Positions 38,199 to 47,263 of a DNA stretch of 64,000 nt are shown here, one piece after another. A model generated the notes under the pieces. That model worked only from the letters and a program-made list of their open reading frames with translations. It was not told the DNA's origin and ran no database searches. The translations under genes were made by a program, and so were the position numbers. The stretch is taken from positions 166 to 64,165 of the forward strand of contig JACQAZ010000010.1 in assembly GCA_016194705.1 (NCBI GenBank). The letters are read 5' to 3'. Numbering within the stretch: position 1 is the first letter of the stretch; every line of letters begins with the position of its first letter. This DNA comes from Elusimicrobiota bacterium. Lineage in GTDB: Bacteria; Elusimicrobiota; Elusimicrobia; UBA1565; UBA9628.

Positions 38199-38599
38199 TT
38201 TCTCGAGACCTCGAGGCCTATCTTTCTGACACCGGCGCCGCGCACGAGATCCAGGACGCCCACGATGTCCCCGTAGGGGATCGTCTTGTCCGCCGAGAGC
38301 GTCACGTGCAGGTCAGGGTCGGCCCGGGTGCCCGCGGCCAGCAGGCTCTTGAGCTCATCGGAGGACAGCTTCTTGCCCTCGAGAATAAGCTCGCGCTTGG
38401 CGTTGTAGACGATCGACTTGGCCTCGGTCGCCGCGCGGTCGTGGTGGGCGGCCTTGGGAACGTCGACCTTGATCGCTCGTCTTGCGATGATCGGGGCGGT
38501 GGCCATGAAGATGATGAGCACGACAAGGATGATGTCGACGAACGGCGTCACGTTGATCGCGGTGATGGGGCCGTCGTTGTTTCCCGATGCGGTGGCCAT
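38195..38599 (-). CDS. exbD: biopolymer transport protein ExbD/TolR
   Basis: INVTPFVDIILVVLIIFM is the ExbD TM signature. Confidence 0.85.
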   Translation of the reverse strand: MATASGNNDGPITAINVTPFVDIILVVLIIFMATAPIIARRAIKVDVPKAAHHDRAATEAKSIVYNAKRELILEGKKLSSDELKSLLAAGTRADPDLHVTLSADKTIPYGDIVGVLDLVRGAGVRKIGLEVSRK

Positions 38600-38604
38600 G
38601 GGAG

Positions 38605-39228
38605 TCAGCGTTTGGCTCTGCCCTCGCGGATGTGCGCCATCAAGTACCGCCCCAGCGACTCGGTCCCGCCGAGCAGGTCCTTGACGTTTTTGGAGAAGTA
38701 GTTGTACGCGATCACACAGGGGATGGCCACAAATAATCCGACCGCCGTGGCGACTAGCGCCTCGGAGAGGCCCTGCATGACGACCTCGGGGCCGCCGGTG
38801 GTCTGGGCCAGATCATGGAAGGCGCGGATAACGCCCAAGACCGTGCCGAAGAGGCCGATGAAGGGCGCGTTGCTTCCGAGGGTTCCCAGGACGAGCAGCC
38901 ATTTCTCGAGCCCCTCCTTCTCGGCCAGGCTCGCCGCGATCAAGAGGTCCTCGACGCCCTCGGGGCCGTGGTGAGAGCGCGCGAGCGCCGTCTTGAGTAT
39001 CCGCCCCGCCGCTCCCGGATGCCGCTGCACGGTTTTTTCGAGCGACGGGAGATCCTCGCCGAGCCCCGCCATCACGGCTTGGCGCAGGGCGCGAAAGCCC
39101 TGGTCCTCGCGCCTCAGCGCGAAGAAGCGCTCGAATATGATCGCGACCGCCGCCAATGAGCACAACAGCAGGGCGTAGATCACCCAGTCGCCGCCCGTCA
39201 GGGCCAAGGCCCTCAGAACCGAAACCAT
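38605..39228 (-). CDS. exbB: MotA/TolQ/ExbB proton-channel protein
   Basis: GLFGTVLGVIRAF is the ExbB/TolQ signature. A GGAGG RBS is present, and the ATG overlaps the upstream stop (TAATG). Confidence 0.85.
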   Translation of the reverse strand: MVSVLRALALTGGDWVIYALLLCSLAAVAIIFERFFALRREDQGFRALRQAVMAGLGEDLPSLEKTVQRHPGAAGRILKTALARSHHGPEGVEDLLIAASLAEKEGLEKWLLVLGTLGSNAPFIGLFGTVLGVIRAFHDLAQTTGGPEVVMQGLSEALVATAVGLFVAIPCVIAYNYFSKNVKDLLGGTESLGRYLMAHIREGRAKR

Positions 39229-40883
39229 TAGTCCTCCTTGAACTTCTGCAGACGCAGCAGCGACGAGACCAGTTCGGCCTTGACCGACGGATTGGCCTCG
39301 TTCTGCAGCTCAATCATGAGCTTGCGGTAAAGATCGCCGGCGTCCGATGGCCCGCCGAGTTCGCCCAGGTAGTGGGATGCCATCGCCCGCACGAACCAGT
39401 CCTTATGCTGATAGAGCCGCAGCAGGATTTCGCGCCCAAAAATATTCCCCATACGCCAGAGCCCAGCCGCGGCGTAGACCTGCATGGCCAGCGAGGAGTC
39501 GGCGCGCGCCGCCCCGTCGACGATGAACTGGTTCCCCGTTTCCCCCTGCACGAGCAGCGATTCGAGAGCCCCGAAGCGCACCGTGATGTTGGCGTTGTTG
39601 AGCATGCCCTGGAAGAGAGGCGTGTAGCGCAGCTCTTTGGTGTAGGCCAAGGCGACCATCGCCGCCGCCTGAATCTGCACGTTGCTGCCCAGGCGGGCCG
39701 CGTCCTCGAGAGCCTGGTCGATGCCGTAGTCCTTCGAGCCGGCCAAGCCGTCGGTGAGCAGGAAGCCCAGCTGGGTGTAGCGCGTCTTGAGGTTGTAGCC
39801 GTCGAGCGTGCTGATCTTGTTAAGATTGCCGACAGAGGCGTCGAGCTGCGCTTGCGGGTCGGGCCTGGCGTCCTGACGATCGCGCAGCAGGCGCAGCAAG
39901 GTCGACCCGATCGAAGGGTCGAGGATGGCGTCGGCGGCGAGCTTGACGCGCGGAGCCGAGATGACCAGAGCCTCGAGTTGGAAGACCGGCTCCGAGTCGG
40001 GGATCGCCGACTTCGAGGCCGGGGCCGGCTCCTCCTTGACCGGTGCCCGAGCCGCCTTGTTGGCCGCCCGCACCGCGGCCGCTTTTTGCGGGAAGAGCTT
40101 TAACGCCGCGATGCAGTCCTCCGCGAGCGTAAAATCGTTCTGCTGCTCGCGGCCCAGGCGCGAGACCAACTCATCGTAGTCGGCCGCCGAGCCGTAGTCG
40201 CCCAGATACCGGGCGGCCATCGCGCGCACGAGCCAGGAGGCGTTGTCGAGGTAGCCGCGCAGCGCGGGCAGGCCGCGCGCGTCGCCGGCGCCAGCCAGCG
40301 CGCGGGCGGCGAACACGCGGAGGATCGGTTCGGGCTCGTTGCGCGAGTCCTGGCCCATCGCGAACCACTGGAGCGACTTGTCGGGATGCCCCCAAACGGT
40401 GAGGGCCTCGAGCGCTCCGAAGCGCACGGCCGGGTCGAGGTTGATGAGGGCCTCGCGAAAAACGTCGAAGTCGGCGAGGTCGTGGGCCCGGGCCAGCGCG
40501 ATGAGGGCGGACGCGCGGGTCTCCCCATCGCGCTCCCAGCGCGCCAGCTCGATGAGCTTCTTGCGAAAATCGGGATCGTCATTGCGGGACAAGGCCTCGG
40601 CCAATGGGACACCGATGCTCAGGTACCGGTTCCGCAGAGTGAAGCCGATCGGGGAGCCCAGGGCCAATATGTCGGCGGCGGGAGTTCCGGAGATCGCAAT
40701 CATGTCGACTTTCTCGTGGTCCTTGTTCTGGAGCAAGTCGACCAGGGCGTTGTTGATCGCGGCGTCGGTCTTGACGGGCCCCCCGGGCACGACCGGCCCC
40801 GAGGTCTCCTTGACGGTGATCTCGCCGCAGGCGCAGAACAGGGCCGCGGCCAGAATGAGGGCGCTCTTGCTCATGCCGTGCAT
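39228..40883 (-). CDS. HEAT/PBS-lyase repeat lipoprotein (551 aa)
   Basis: A lipobox (LFCACG) is present. Repeated units include DPAVRFGALEAL, SWLVRAMAARYLG, ITVRFGALESL and DWFVRAMASHYLG. Confidence 0.75.
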   Translation of the reverse strand: MHGMSKSALILAAALFCACGEITVKETSGPVVPGGPVKTDAAINNALVDLLQNKDHEKVDMIAISGTPAADILALGSPIGFTLRNRYLSIGVPLAEALSRNDDPDFRKKLIELARWERDGETRASALIALARAHDLADFDVFREALINLDPAVRFGALEALTVWGHPDKSLQWFAMGQDSRNEPEPILRVFAARALAGAGDARGLPALRGYLDNASWLVRAMAARYLGDYGSAADYDELVSRLGREQQNDFTLAEDCIAALKLFPQKAAAVRAANKAARAPVKEEPAPASKSAIPDSEPVFQLEALVISAPRVKLAADAILDPSIGSTLLRLLRDRQDARPDPQAQLDASVGNLNKISTLDGYNLKTRYTQLGFLLTDGLAGSKDYGIDQALEDAARLGSNVQIQAAAMVALAYTKELRYTPLFQGMLNNANITVRFGALESLLVQGETGNQFIVDGAARADSSLAMQVYAAAGLWRMGNIFGREILLRLYQHKDWFVRAMASHYLGELGGPSDAGDLYRKLMIELQNEANPSVKAELVSSLLRLQKFKED

Positions 40884-40904
40884 AGTATCAAATCGCGCTG
40901 CGCC

Positions 40905-42380
40905 TCATTCCCGCACGATCTCGACCGAAAAGACCTTTAACCGGGCTGCGGAGTCCTTCCAGCACTGCCGCGAAAGATGCGCCTTCTGCGAGCACAGTTC
41001 GCCCAGGAATGACTCCTTGTCCTTGAGCTGCTCCCAGACCTGCGGGAGGAAGACCCCGGAGCTTCCCCCTTCCTCGACGATGACCCCGTCGCCCTTGCGG
41101 ATCTCGGAGGCCGACTTGACCTCCTTGGACTGGGAGAGCCGCGAGACCTCGATGCGCAGGCCGGGAAGCTCGGCGGCCTGCACGGGCTTGAAGCGCGAGT
41201 CGCTGACAGCACTTGCCACCGCGTTGTGGGCCACGGACTCGACGAGGCTCTCCTGGGCCTGCAGCGAGCCGATGCAGCCGCGCAGCTCGCCAGAGGCCTT
41301 CTCGAGGGTCACGAAAACCGCGGCGGGCAGGTTCAGCCTGGGGTCCTTCGACAGCGCGACGGCGGGCATCTTGCCCGAGGCGAGGTAGCCTTCGATGCTG
41401 CGGCGCGCCAGGACCAAGAGCTCTTTTTTCTCGGAACCGTCGAGCGCGGCCGGGACCGCGGCGGAGACTCCCTTCAAAAAGACGACCGCGGCGTATCCTA
41501 CGACATGATGATAATCCCGCTCGGAGACGACGTCGCCCGAGTTGATGTGCGAGAGAACGCGCGCCTGCGTCGCGCCCAGCTCGCGCGCCGCGGTCATGAC
41601 GGCGGTCACGGCCCCCTCGCCGCAGTAGGTCACCGCAAGGCTCTCGAGGCCGCGGTTCATGAGCAGCCGGTTGGTCAGCCAGAAATAGGCGGGGTCCAAG
41701 GTCTTCAAGGCCTCGAGCGTCGTCCGATCGACGATGTCGGAGAGAGGCCCGCTGGGGTAGTGAGATTGATCGGAGGAGGCCACGAGAAGCACGCGCTTGC
41801 CCTTGATGGCGGAGGCCAGCGCGCGGCCGATGATGCGCGCGGACTCGAGGTCCTGCGTGTTCATGACCATGCCGACGATTTTGACGGATCCCAGACGGTA
41901 CCGCAGGAATGGGACCTGGACCTCGATCGAATGCTCCTTGTCGTGAGCCCGAGCGTCGAGCTTGATCAAGCTCGTGGTCTTGACCAATGCCCCGGCCAAG
42001 GCCGCGTCGTACTCCAGCGAGCCCTCTGGGGTCGCGTAAGCCCCAGGGTAAATCGCCGCGCCCTCGAGCTCCTTGTAATGCCCGGTTCCGAGCACGACCA
42101 CGGTATCCCAGTGCCCGGGAGCGAGCAGCTTGTAGGCGCGCGCCGCGGTCGCGCCCGAGTACTCAAGCCCGGCGTGAGGGACGAGCACGGCGACGATCTC
42201 GCCCGGGACTTTCTCGTTTGGCGCGGCTTTCAAAAGGCTCTCTACGAGCGCCTCGAGAGCCTTGGCGGACAGGGGATAGAAGCGGCCGGCCACCGACGGC
42301 AGTCTAACCGCCGCGGCCGCCGCCGCGGCGGTCAAAAAAGACAGGAAAATCCAGCCCGATCTCTTTAATAATCCGTTCAC
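40905..42380 (-). CDS. fusion of a Memo-like domain (AmmeMemoRadiSam system protein B family) with a C-terminal AMMECR1 domain (protein A family), preceded by a predicted signal peptide
   Basis: The GTG start at 42380 gives a signal-peptide-like N-terminus (MNGLLKRSGWIFLSFLTAAAAAAA). The conserved Memo start VRLPSVAGRFYP...LVPHAGLEYSG follows. The C-terminal AMMECR1 region carries RGCIGSL and VFLPQVWE. Confidence 0.8.
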   Translation of the reverse strand: MNGLLKRSGWIFLSFLTAAAAAAAVRLPSVAGRFYPLSAKALEALVESLLKAAPNEKVPGEIVAVLVPHAGLEYSGATAARAYKLLAPGHWDTVVVLGTGHYKELEGAAIYPGAYATPEGSLEYDAALAGALVKTTSLIKLDARAHDKEHSIEVQVPFLRYRLGSVKIVGMVMNTQDLESARIIGRALASAIKGKRVLLVASSDQSHYPSGPLSDIVDRTTLEALKTLDPAYFWLTNRLLMNRGLESLAVTYCGEGAVTAVMTAARELGATQARVLSHINSGDVVSERDYHHVVGYAAVVFLKGVSAAVPAALDGSEKKELLVLARRSIEGYLASGKMPAVALSKDPRLNLPAAVFVTLEKASGELRGCIGSLQAQESLVESVAHNAVASAVSDSRFKPVQAAELPGLRIEVSRLSQSKEVKSASEIRKGDGVIVEEGGSSGVFLPQVWEQLKDKESFLGELCSQKAHLSRQCWKDSAARLKVFSVEIVRE

Positions 42381-42483
42381 AGGTTCGAAATCAATTCCGA
42401 ACAGGTTTCCGCTAAACTAACCCCAGAGGCGCACAACAGTACGGCATCTAAGTTCGACAACTGAAGACAACGACCACCAGGAG

Positions 42484-42524
42484 CCCGCCCCTGCATGACT
42501 CTCCGCATGCAGGGGCGGTTTTTT
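42484..42524 (+). terminator. plus-strand intrinsic-terminator-like hairpin with a U6 tract in a minus-strand gene region. It may mark the 3' end of a small RNA on the plus strand.
   Basis: CCCGCCCCTGCATG-actctccg-CATGCAGGGGCGG is followed by TTTTTT. Genes on both sides are on the minus strand, and on that strand the T-tract is on the wrong side of the hairpin. Confidence 0.45.
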
Positions 42525-43077
42525 ACTCCGGTTTTCCCACCTTCTCGAAATTGCGCATGATCGTCTCGAGCCAGCGCTGATCCATCTCGTCGAAAGCCGA
42601 CTTGGCTTCGCTGTCGGCGTCGAAGACCGCCCAGACCTTGCCGTCCTTGTCGTAGACCGGGACCGCGATCTCGCTTTGGTTCTTGGGGTCGCACTCGATG
42701 TGCTGGTCTCCCAACGCCTTCACGTCCGGCACGATGATCGTCTTGCCTTCCTTGAGCGCCTTGCCGCAGACTCCGCTCAGCGGCAGCGGCGAGCAGGCCG
42801 GCTTCTCGCGATGGGCTCCGAGGATGAGCTCCTGGCCGCCGGGCGGGAGAACATAGAAGCCGCACCAAGAGTACGGGCTTTGCGCGAAGGTGTCCCACAA
42901 TTCGTCGACGATCTCGCGCATCATGCGCTCGCTTTTGAGCTCGCGGCGGCGCCATCTCTTCTCGAGATTGGCGTGCGCCTTGTCGTAGCGCGCCCGCGAG
43001 GGACGCGACCTCATCGCGTTGGCGTCCTTGATCTCCTGCATCTCGTTGGTCAGCTCACGTTCCTTTTCATTGGCCAT
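42523..43077 (-). CDS. GAF-domain protein of the free-methionine-(R)-sulfoxide reductase (fRMsr/YebR) type, with a basic N-terminal extension
   Basis: WCGFYVL, ACSPLPLSGVCGKA and SEIAVPV match the fRMsr catalytic Cys pattern. The start is uncertain because several Met codons are available. Confidence 0.7.
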   Translation of the reverse strand: MANEKERELTNEMQEIKDANAMRSRPSRARYDKAHANLEKRWRRRELKSERMMREIVDELWDTFAQSPYSWCGFYVLPPGGQELILGAHREKPACSPLPLSGVCGKALKEGKTIIVPDVKALGDQHIECDPKNQSEIAVPVYDKDGKVWAVFDADSEAKSAFDEMDQRWLETIMRNFEKVGKPE

Positions 43078-44110
43078 GTGTTCTCTCCAATACCACGAGC
43101 TGCCCGCAGGCGCCCTGGATGTCCCGGCCGAGGTTCTGGCGCACGGTCGCGTGGACGCCCGCGTCCAGGAGGACTTTCTGGAAGCTCCTGGCGTTCTCCT
43201 CGGACGAGGCCCGGTGCGGCGTGTCGGTCTCGTTGAAAATGATCAGATTGACGTGGATGAGCTCGCGCGGCCCCAGGCCCTTGGCGTAGGCGACGAGCCG
43301 GGCTGCGTCCTCCGGACGATCGTTCTCCTCCCGGAGCAGCACGTATTCCAAGAAGACCTTGCGCGGGGTCTCGCAGAGGTAGTTCTTGATCGCTTTGGCC
43401 AGCGCCGCCAGGGGATAAGCCTTGTTGACGGGCACAAGCCGCGTGCGCAGGGCGTCGTCGGCCGCGTGAAGGGAGAGGGCGAGGTTGACCTGCGGAAAAT
43501 CCCGGCCGAAGCGCTCTATCTGCGGGGCGATGCCCGACGTCGAGACCGAGATGTGCCGCGCGCCGATGCCGAATTGCTTCTGGTCCATGAGCGCCCGCAG
43601 GCTCTGGGCGAGCGTGTCGTAGACCGCGAAGGGCTCGCCCATGCCCATGTAGACGACGTTGTCGAGGCGCCCCTCCAGGGACTCGCGCTTCATGTACTGC
43701 CGCCAAAACAGGACCTGATCGGTGACTTCCTCGACGCTCAGGTTGCGCTGCAGGCCCATGAGGCCGGTCGCGCAGAAGGTGCAGCCCACCGCGCAGCCGA
43801 CCTGACAGGAGATGCAGGTCGTCCAGCGCACGGGGCTGGGGCGCAGCAGGACCGTCTCGACGATCTTGCCGTCGCCGAGCTCCAAGAGGGCCTTATGGGC
43901 GCGGCCGTCGGAGGAGACCTCGACGCGGCGCTCTTTGAGGCTCAGGATCGGGGCTTGGCTCTTGAGGCCGTCCCGCAGTTCGCGGGGAAGGACCGCGACG
44001 TCGTCGTAAGACGCGGCGGCCTCGGAGAAGACCGCGCGGCGCACCTGATCGAGGCGGTAGCGCGGCGCATTGAGCGCCGACAACGCGGCCTCGACTTTGT
44101 CCAGGTCCAC
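43067..44110 (-). CDS. rlmN: 23S rRNA (adenine2503-C2)-methyltransferase RlmN (radical SAM)
   Basis: CISCQVGCAVGCTFCATG is the RlmN/Cfr radical-SAM cluster motif. The start is GTG. Confidence 0.9.
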   Translation of the reverse strand: MDLDKVEAALSALNAPRYRLDQVRRAVFSEAAASYDDVAVLPRELRDGLKSQAPILSLKERRVEVSSDGRAHKALLELGDGKIVETVLLRPSPVRWTTCISCQVGCAVGCTFCATGLMGLQRNLSVEEVTDQVLFWRQYMKRESLEGRLDNVVYMGMGEPFAVYDTLAQSLRALMDQKQFGIGARHISVSTSGIAPQIERFGRDFPQVNLALSLHAADDALRTRLVPVNKAYPLAALAKAIKNYLCETPRKVFLEYVLLREENDRPEDAARLVAYAKGLGPRELIHVNLIIFNETDTPHRASSEENARSFQKVLLDAGVHATVRQNLGRDIQGACGQLVVLERTHGQ

Positions 44111-44743
44111 CTAGTATGTCACCTCGATGACCTCGTGCGATTCCAGGAGCTTCTTGAGGACCGCATGCTGCTCCTTGCGCGCGGCCGAGGTCAGCCATTC
44201 GCTGTAGTAGAGGTTGTTCTTCTTCATCGTCTTGTGACGGATGATGTGCACGCGGGCGTCGCGGAAGATGGCGGTCACCTGGGCGAGACTCTTGTCGTCG
44301 AACTTGGAGGTGATGCGGAAGGTGTGGCGCTGCTGCCAGTCGTCGATGAGGATGTCGAGCGGCGTGAAGGCCAACTGGACGACGAGCACGACGATGGTCA
44401 CCAAGGCCGCGAGGTTGAAGTGCCCGTAGCCGACCGCCATCCCGATGGCGGCGACGATCCAGATCGTTGCCGCGGTGGTCAAGCCCGTGATGCGCTCGCC
44501 GTCGCGCATGATGGCACCGGCGCCGAGGAAGCCGATGCCGGAGACGAGCTGCGCCGAGATGCGCGCCGGGTCGTTCGGGAAGGCCTGGGAGATCATCGTA
44601 AACAATGTGGCTCCCAGGCAGATCACGATGTTCGTGCGAAGTCCCGCGGCCTTGTCGCTGAGCTCGCGCTCGAGTCCGATGACGGCGCCCAGGACCAAGG
44701 ATACGGCGATCGTCACGATATCACGATTGACGTGTTCGAGCAT
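44111..44743 (-). CDS. mgtC: MgtC/SapB-family membrane protein
   Basis: The start is ATG 44743 with a GGAGG RBS. The N-terminal TM region has an MgtC pattern (LVLGAVIGLERE), followed by a C-terminal ACT-like domain. Confidence 0.8.
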   Translation of the reverse strand: MLEHVNRDIVTIAVSLVLGAVIGLERELSDKAAGLRTNIVICLGATLFTMISQAFPNDPARISAQLVSGIGFLGAGAIMRDGERITGLTTAATIWIVAAIGMAVGYGHFNLAALVTIVVLVVQLAFTPLDILIDDWQQRHTFRITSKFDDKSLAQVTAIFRDARVHIIRHKTMKKNNLYYSEWLTSAARKEQHAVLKKLLESHEVIEVTY

Positions 44744-44756
44744 CACACAACCTCCT

Positions 44757-46193
44757 TCACGACTGTCTCGCCGAGGCCTGCGCGGAGCCTCGGGCAAGAA
44801 TCCTTCTATAGGCCTGCGCGGCCGCCTCGCGCCCGGAACGGATGCAGTCGGGCAGTCCAACGCCTTCGTAAGAGCAGCCCGAGAGATACAGCCCGGGATG
44901 ACCCTGCAGGCAGGACGCGATGCGCTTGAGGCGCAAGGCGTGGCCGACATTGTACTGGGGGTTGGCCTTCTCCCAGCGCTGGGACCGGCTGAATTTGGGA
45001 TGAGTCTCGCCGAGCCGGAGAATCTCGGCGAGCTCCTTGCGCGCGGTGCGAGAGAGGCCCGCCTCGTCGGCCGCGACGGTCTCCTCGCGCCCGGCGCCTC
45101 CCATGAAGCAGCGCACCATGACCTGGCCCTGCGCCACGCGCTCCGGGAATTTCGTCGAGGTGTAGGTCGCGGCGGTGACCGCTCGGCCCTCCGCGCGCGG
45201 CACGATGAAGCCGAAGCCGTCCAAAGGGTCGGGGAAGCCGGCCCTCTCATAGACCAAGGAGACCGTCGCCGTAGTGACGAAGGGGATCTCGTTCAGCACG
45301 CAGGAGAGTTCGAAATCGAGGTCGGAGGCGACGGCGGCCAGCGCGTTGGCGGGCAAAGCGGAGATGACCGCGTCGGCCGAAAAAACCGCGTCCTTGGTCG
45401 CGACCTGCCACTCGGAGCCGCGGCGCTTGAGGCTCAGCACGTTGGCTCCGGTGCGCACCGTGCCCCCCGGCAGCTGATGCGCGAGCGCCTCGACGAGGCG
45501 CGAGAGTCCGCCCCTGAGCGTCATGAACATCGTGAGTTCCGAGGAAGGCTTCGGACGCTGTGCGGCGGCCCTCATGCCCTTGAATATGCCGCCGGAGAGC
45601 TCGAGTTCCTTGAGCTGAGGGAAGGTGCTCTGTAGGCTCATTTGCTCGGGGTCGCCCGCGTAGATCCCGGCGAGCATGGGGGCCGCGATCTTCTCGAGCG
45701 CCTCGCGCCCAAGCCGGCGGCGCACGAAGGAGCCCAACGACTCGTCGAGCTCTTCTCTGGCGGCCGGGATGAACGGCTCGAGCGCGAGGCGGAGCTTTGC
45801 CTTCCAGGAGAGCAGCCTCGTCGTCAGGAAGGGCAGCACGCGCGACGGAAGCAAGGTCATCCCTTCCGGCAAGGGCTCGAGTTTGCCGTGAGAGAGGACA
45901 TAGATCGTTTTTTGGCTCTCGTTGGTCTTCACGAGCTCCCCCGAAAGCCCAAGTTCGCGCACCAGGGCGAGCGCGTCGGGCTTGGCGGTGATAAAGGAGT
46001 CGGGCCCGAGCTCGAAGACGACTCCATCCTTGGTCTCGGTCATGACCTTGCCGCCGACGCGGTTTGACGCTTCGAGGACGACGATCTCGAGCTTGCGCCG
46101 GTCCCGAGCGGCGCGTTTATGGAGCTCGTAGGCGGCGGCAAGGCCGGTGATGCCGGCCCCCAAGATGACGACGCGCGGCGATGACGAGCTCAA
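44757..46193 (-). CDS. hemY: protoporphyrinogen/coproporphyrinogen oxidase (HemY/CgoX type, FAD-dependent)
   Basis: VVILGAGITGLAAAY is the FAD-binding motif, and the overall HemY pattern is present. The proposed TTG start at 46193 sits in a TTGA overlap with the hemE stop. The ORF-track extension overlaps hemE and is rejected. Confidence 0.85.
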   Translation of the reverse strand: MSSSSPRVVILGAGITGLAAAYELHKRAARDRRKLEIVVLEASNRVGGKVMTETKDGVVFELGPDSFITAKPDALALVRELGLSGELVKTNESQKTIYVLSHGKLEPLPEGMTLLPSRVLPFLTTRLLSWKAKLRLALEPFIPAAREELDESLGSFVRRRLGREALEKIAAPMLAGIYAGDPEQMSLQSTFPQLKELELSGGIFKGMRAAAQRPKPSSELTMFMTLRGGLSRLVEALAHQLPGGTVRTGANVLSLKRRGSEWQVATKDAVFSADAVISALPANALAAVASDLDFELSCVLNEIPFVTTATVSLVYERAGFPDPLDGFGFIVPRAEGRAVTAATYTSTKFPERVAQGQVMVRCFMGGAGREETVAADEAGLSRTARKELAEILRLGETHPKFSRSQRWEKANPQYNVGHALRLKRIASCLQGHPGLYLSGCSYEGVGLPDCIRSGREAAAQAYRRILARGSAQASARQS

Positions 46194-47221
46194 TTGAGGC
46201 TCCACGCGTGTACCCAGTCGACGACGGCCTTCACGTTTTCGACCGGGGTCTGCGGCAGGATGCCGTGGCCCAGGTTGAAGATGAAGCCCTTGCGGCCGCA
46301 CGCGCGCGCCAGTATGTCCCTCACGGCCGACTTGAGCACGGGCTTGGCCGCGAAGAGCACCGTCGGATCGAGGTTGCCTTGGATGGCGCGCGCGCCGATC
46401 TTTCCCCAAGCCGCGTCGAGGTCAAGGCGCCAGTCGACGCCGATCACGTCGCCGCCGGCCGAGGCGAAGTCCTCGAGGAAGCCGGCGGTGCCGGTCCCGA
46501 AATGGATGACGGGAACGCCGGAGGATTTGAGGGCCGAGAGCACGAAACGCGAATGCGGCAGGACGCACTTGCGGTATTGTTCCGGCGAGAGGCAGCCGAC
46601 CCACGAGTCGAAGAGCTGCACGGCCTGCGCGCCGGCCTCGACCTGGGCCTTCAGGTAGGCCGCGGTGATCCGGCGCACCTTGCCCATCAACTGGTCCCAC
46701 GCTTTGGGCTGTTCGAGCATGAAGGCCTTGGTCTTTAGGAAGTGGTCCGAAGGTCCGCCCTCGATGAGGTAGCTCGCCAAAGTGAACGGCGCGCCGGCAA
46801 ACCCGATCAAGGGGATCGGCCCGAGTTCGCGCCGCGCCAAGGCGATCGCCCGGAGCACGAAGGAGAGCCCCTCGCGCGAGTCGAAGTCCTTGAGGCGCCG
46901 AACATCCGCGGCCGAGCGCACGGGGTTGTCGATGACGGGACCCGGCGCGAAGCGCAGCCGCGCGCCCATCGGCTCGATGGGCAGCAGGATGTCGGCGAAG
47001 ATGATGGCCGCATCTATCGGCATGGCGCGAATGGGCTGCAGAGTGACCTCGCAGGCCAACTCGGGCGTCTTTGCCAGCTGAAGGATCGAATACTTCTTGC
47101 GCAGGTCGCGGTATTCCTTCATATAGCGTCCGGCCTGGCGCATGAACCACACGGGGGTCCGGTCGACCTTCTGGCGAAAGCACGCGCGGACAAAGCGCGG
47201 GGCTCCCTGTAAGCTGGGCAT
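46190..47221 (-). CDS. hemE: uroporphyrinogen decarboxylase
   Basis: PVWFMRQAGRYM is the URO-D N-terminal signature. Confidence 0.95.
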   Translation of the reverse strand: MPSLQGAPRFVRACFRQKVDRTPVWFMRQAGRYMKEYRDLRKKYSILQLAKTPELACEVTLQPIRAMPIDAAIIFADILLPIEPMGARLRFAPGPVIDNPVRSAADVRRLKDFDSREGLSFVLRAIALARRELGPIPLIGFAGAPFTLASYLIEGGPSDHFLKTKAFMLEQPKAWDQLMGKVRRITAAYLKAQVEAGAQAVQLFDSWVGCLSPEQYRKCVLPHSRFVLSALKSSGVPVIHFGTGTAGFLEDFASAGGDVIGVDWRLDLDAAWGKIGARAIQGNLDPTVLFAAKPVLKSAVRDILARACGRKGFIFNLGHGILPQTPVENVKAVVDWVHAWSLN

Positions 47222-47263
47222 ACGGCGTATGATACAAAATAGTGTCCGGGGAGGCTTGACGCC

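Noticed and set aside
42377-42955. 192-aa minus-strand ORF overlapping the GAF gene and the Memo-AMMECR1 upstream region
   Set aside because: It is out of frame with the well-supported fRMsr-type GAF ORF and has Arg-rich low-complexity translation. It spans the intergenic region that contains the terminator hairpin.
43067-44110. Considered the radical SAM gene here as the missing AmrS partner of the Memo-AMMECR1 fusion
   Set aside because: Its Cys cluster CxSCQxGCxxxCxFCATG and overall pattern are those of RlmN/Cfr rRNA methyltransferases, not AmrS. ygiQ at 60537 is UPF0313, also unrelated.
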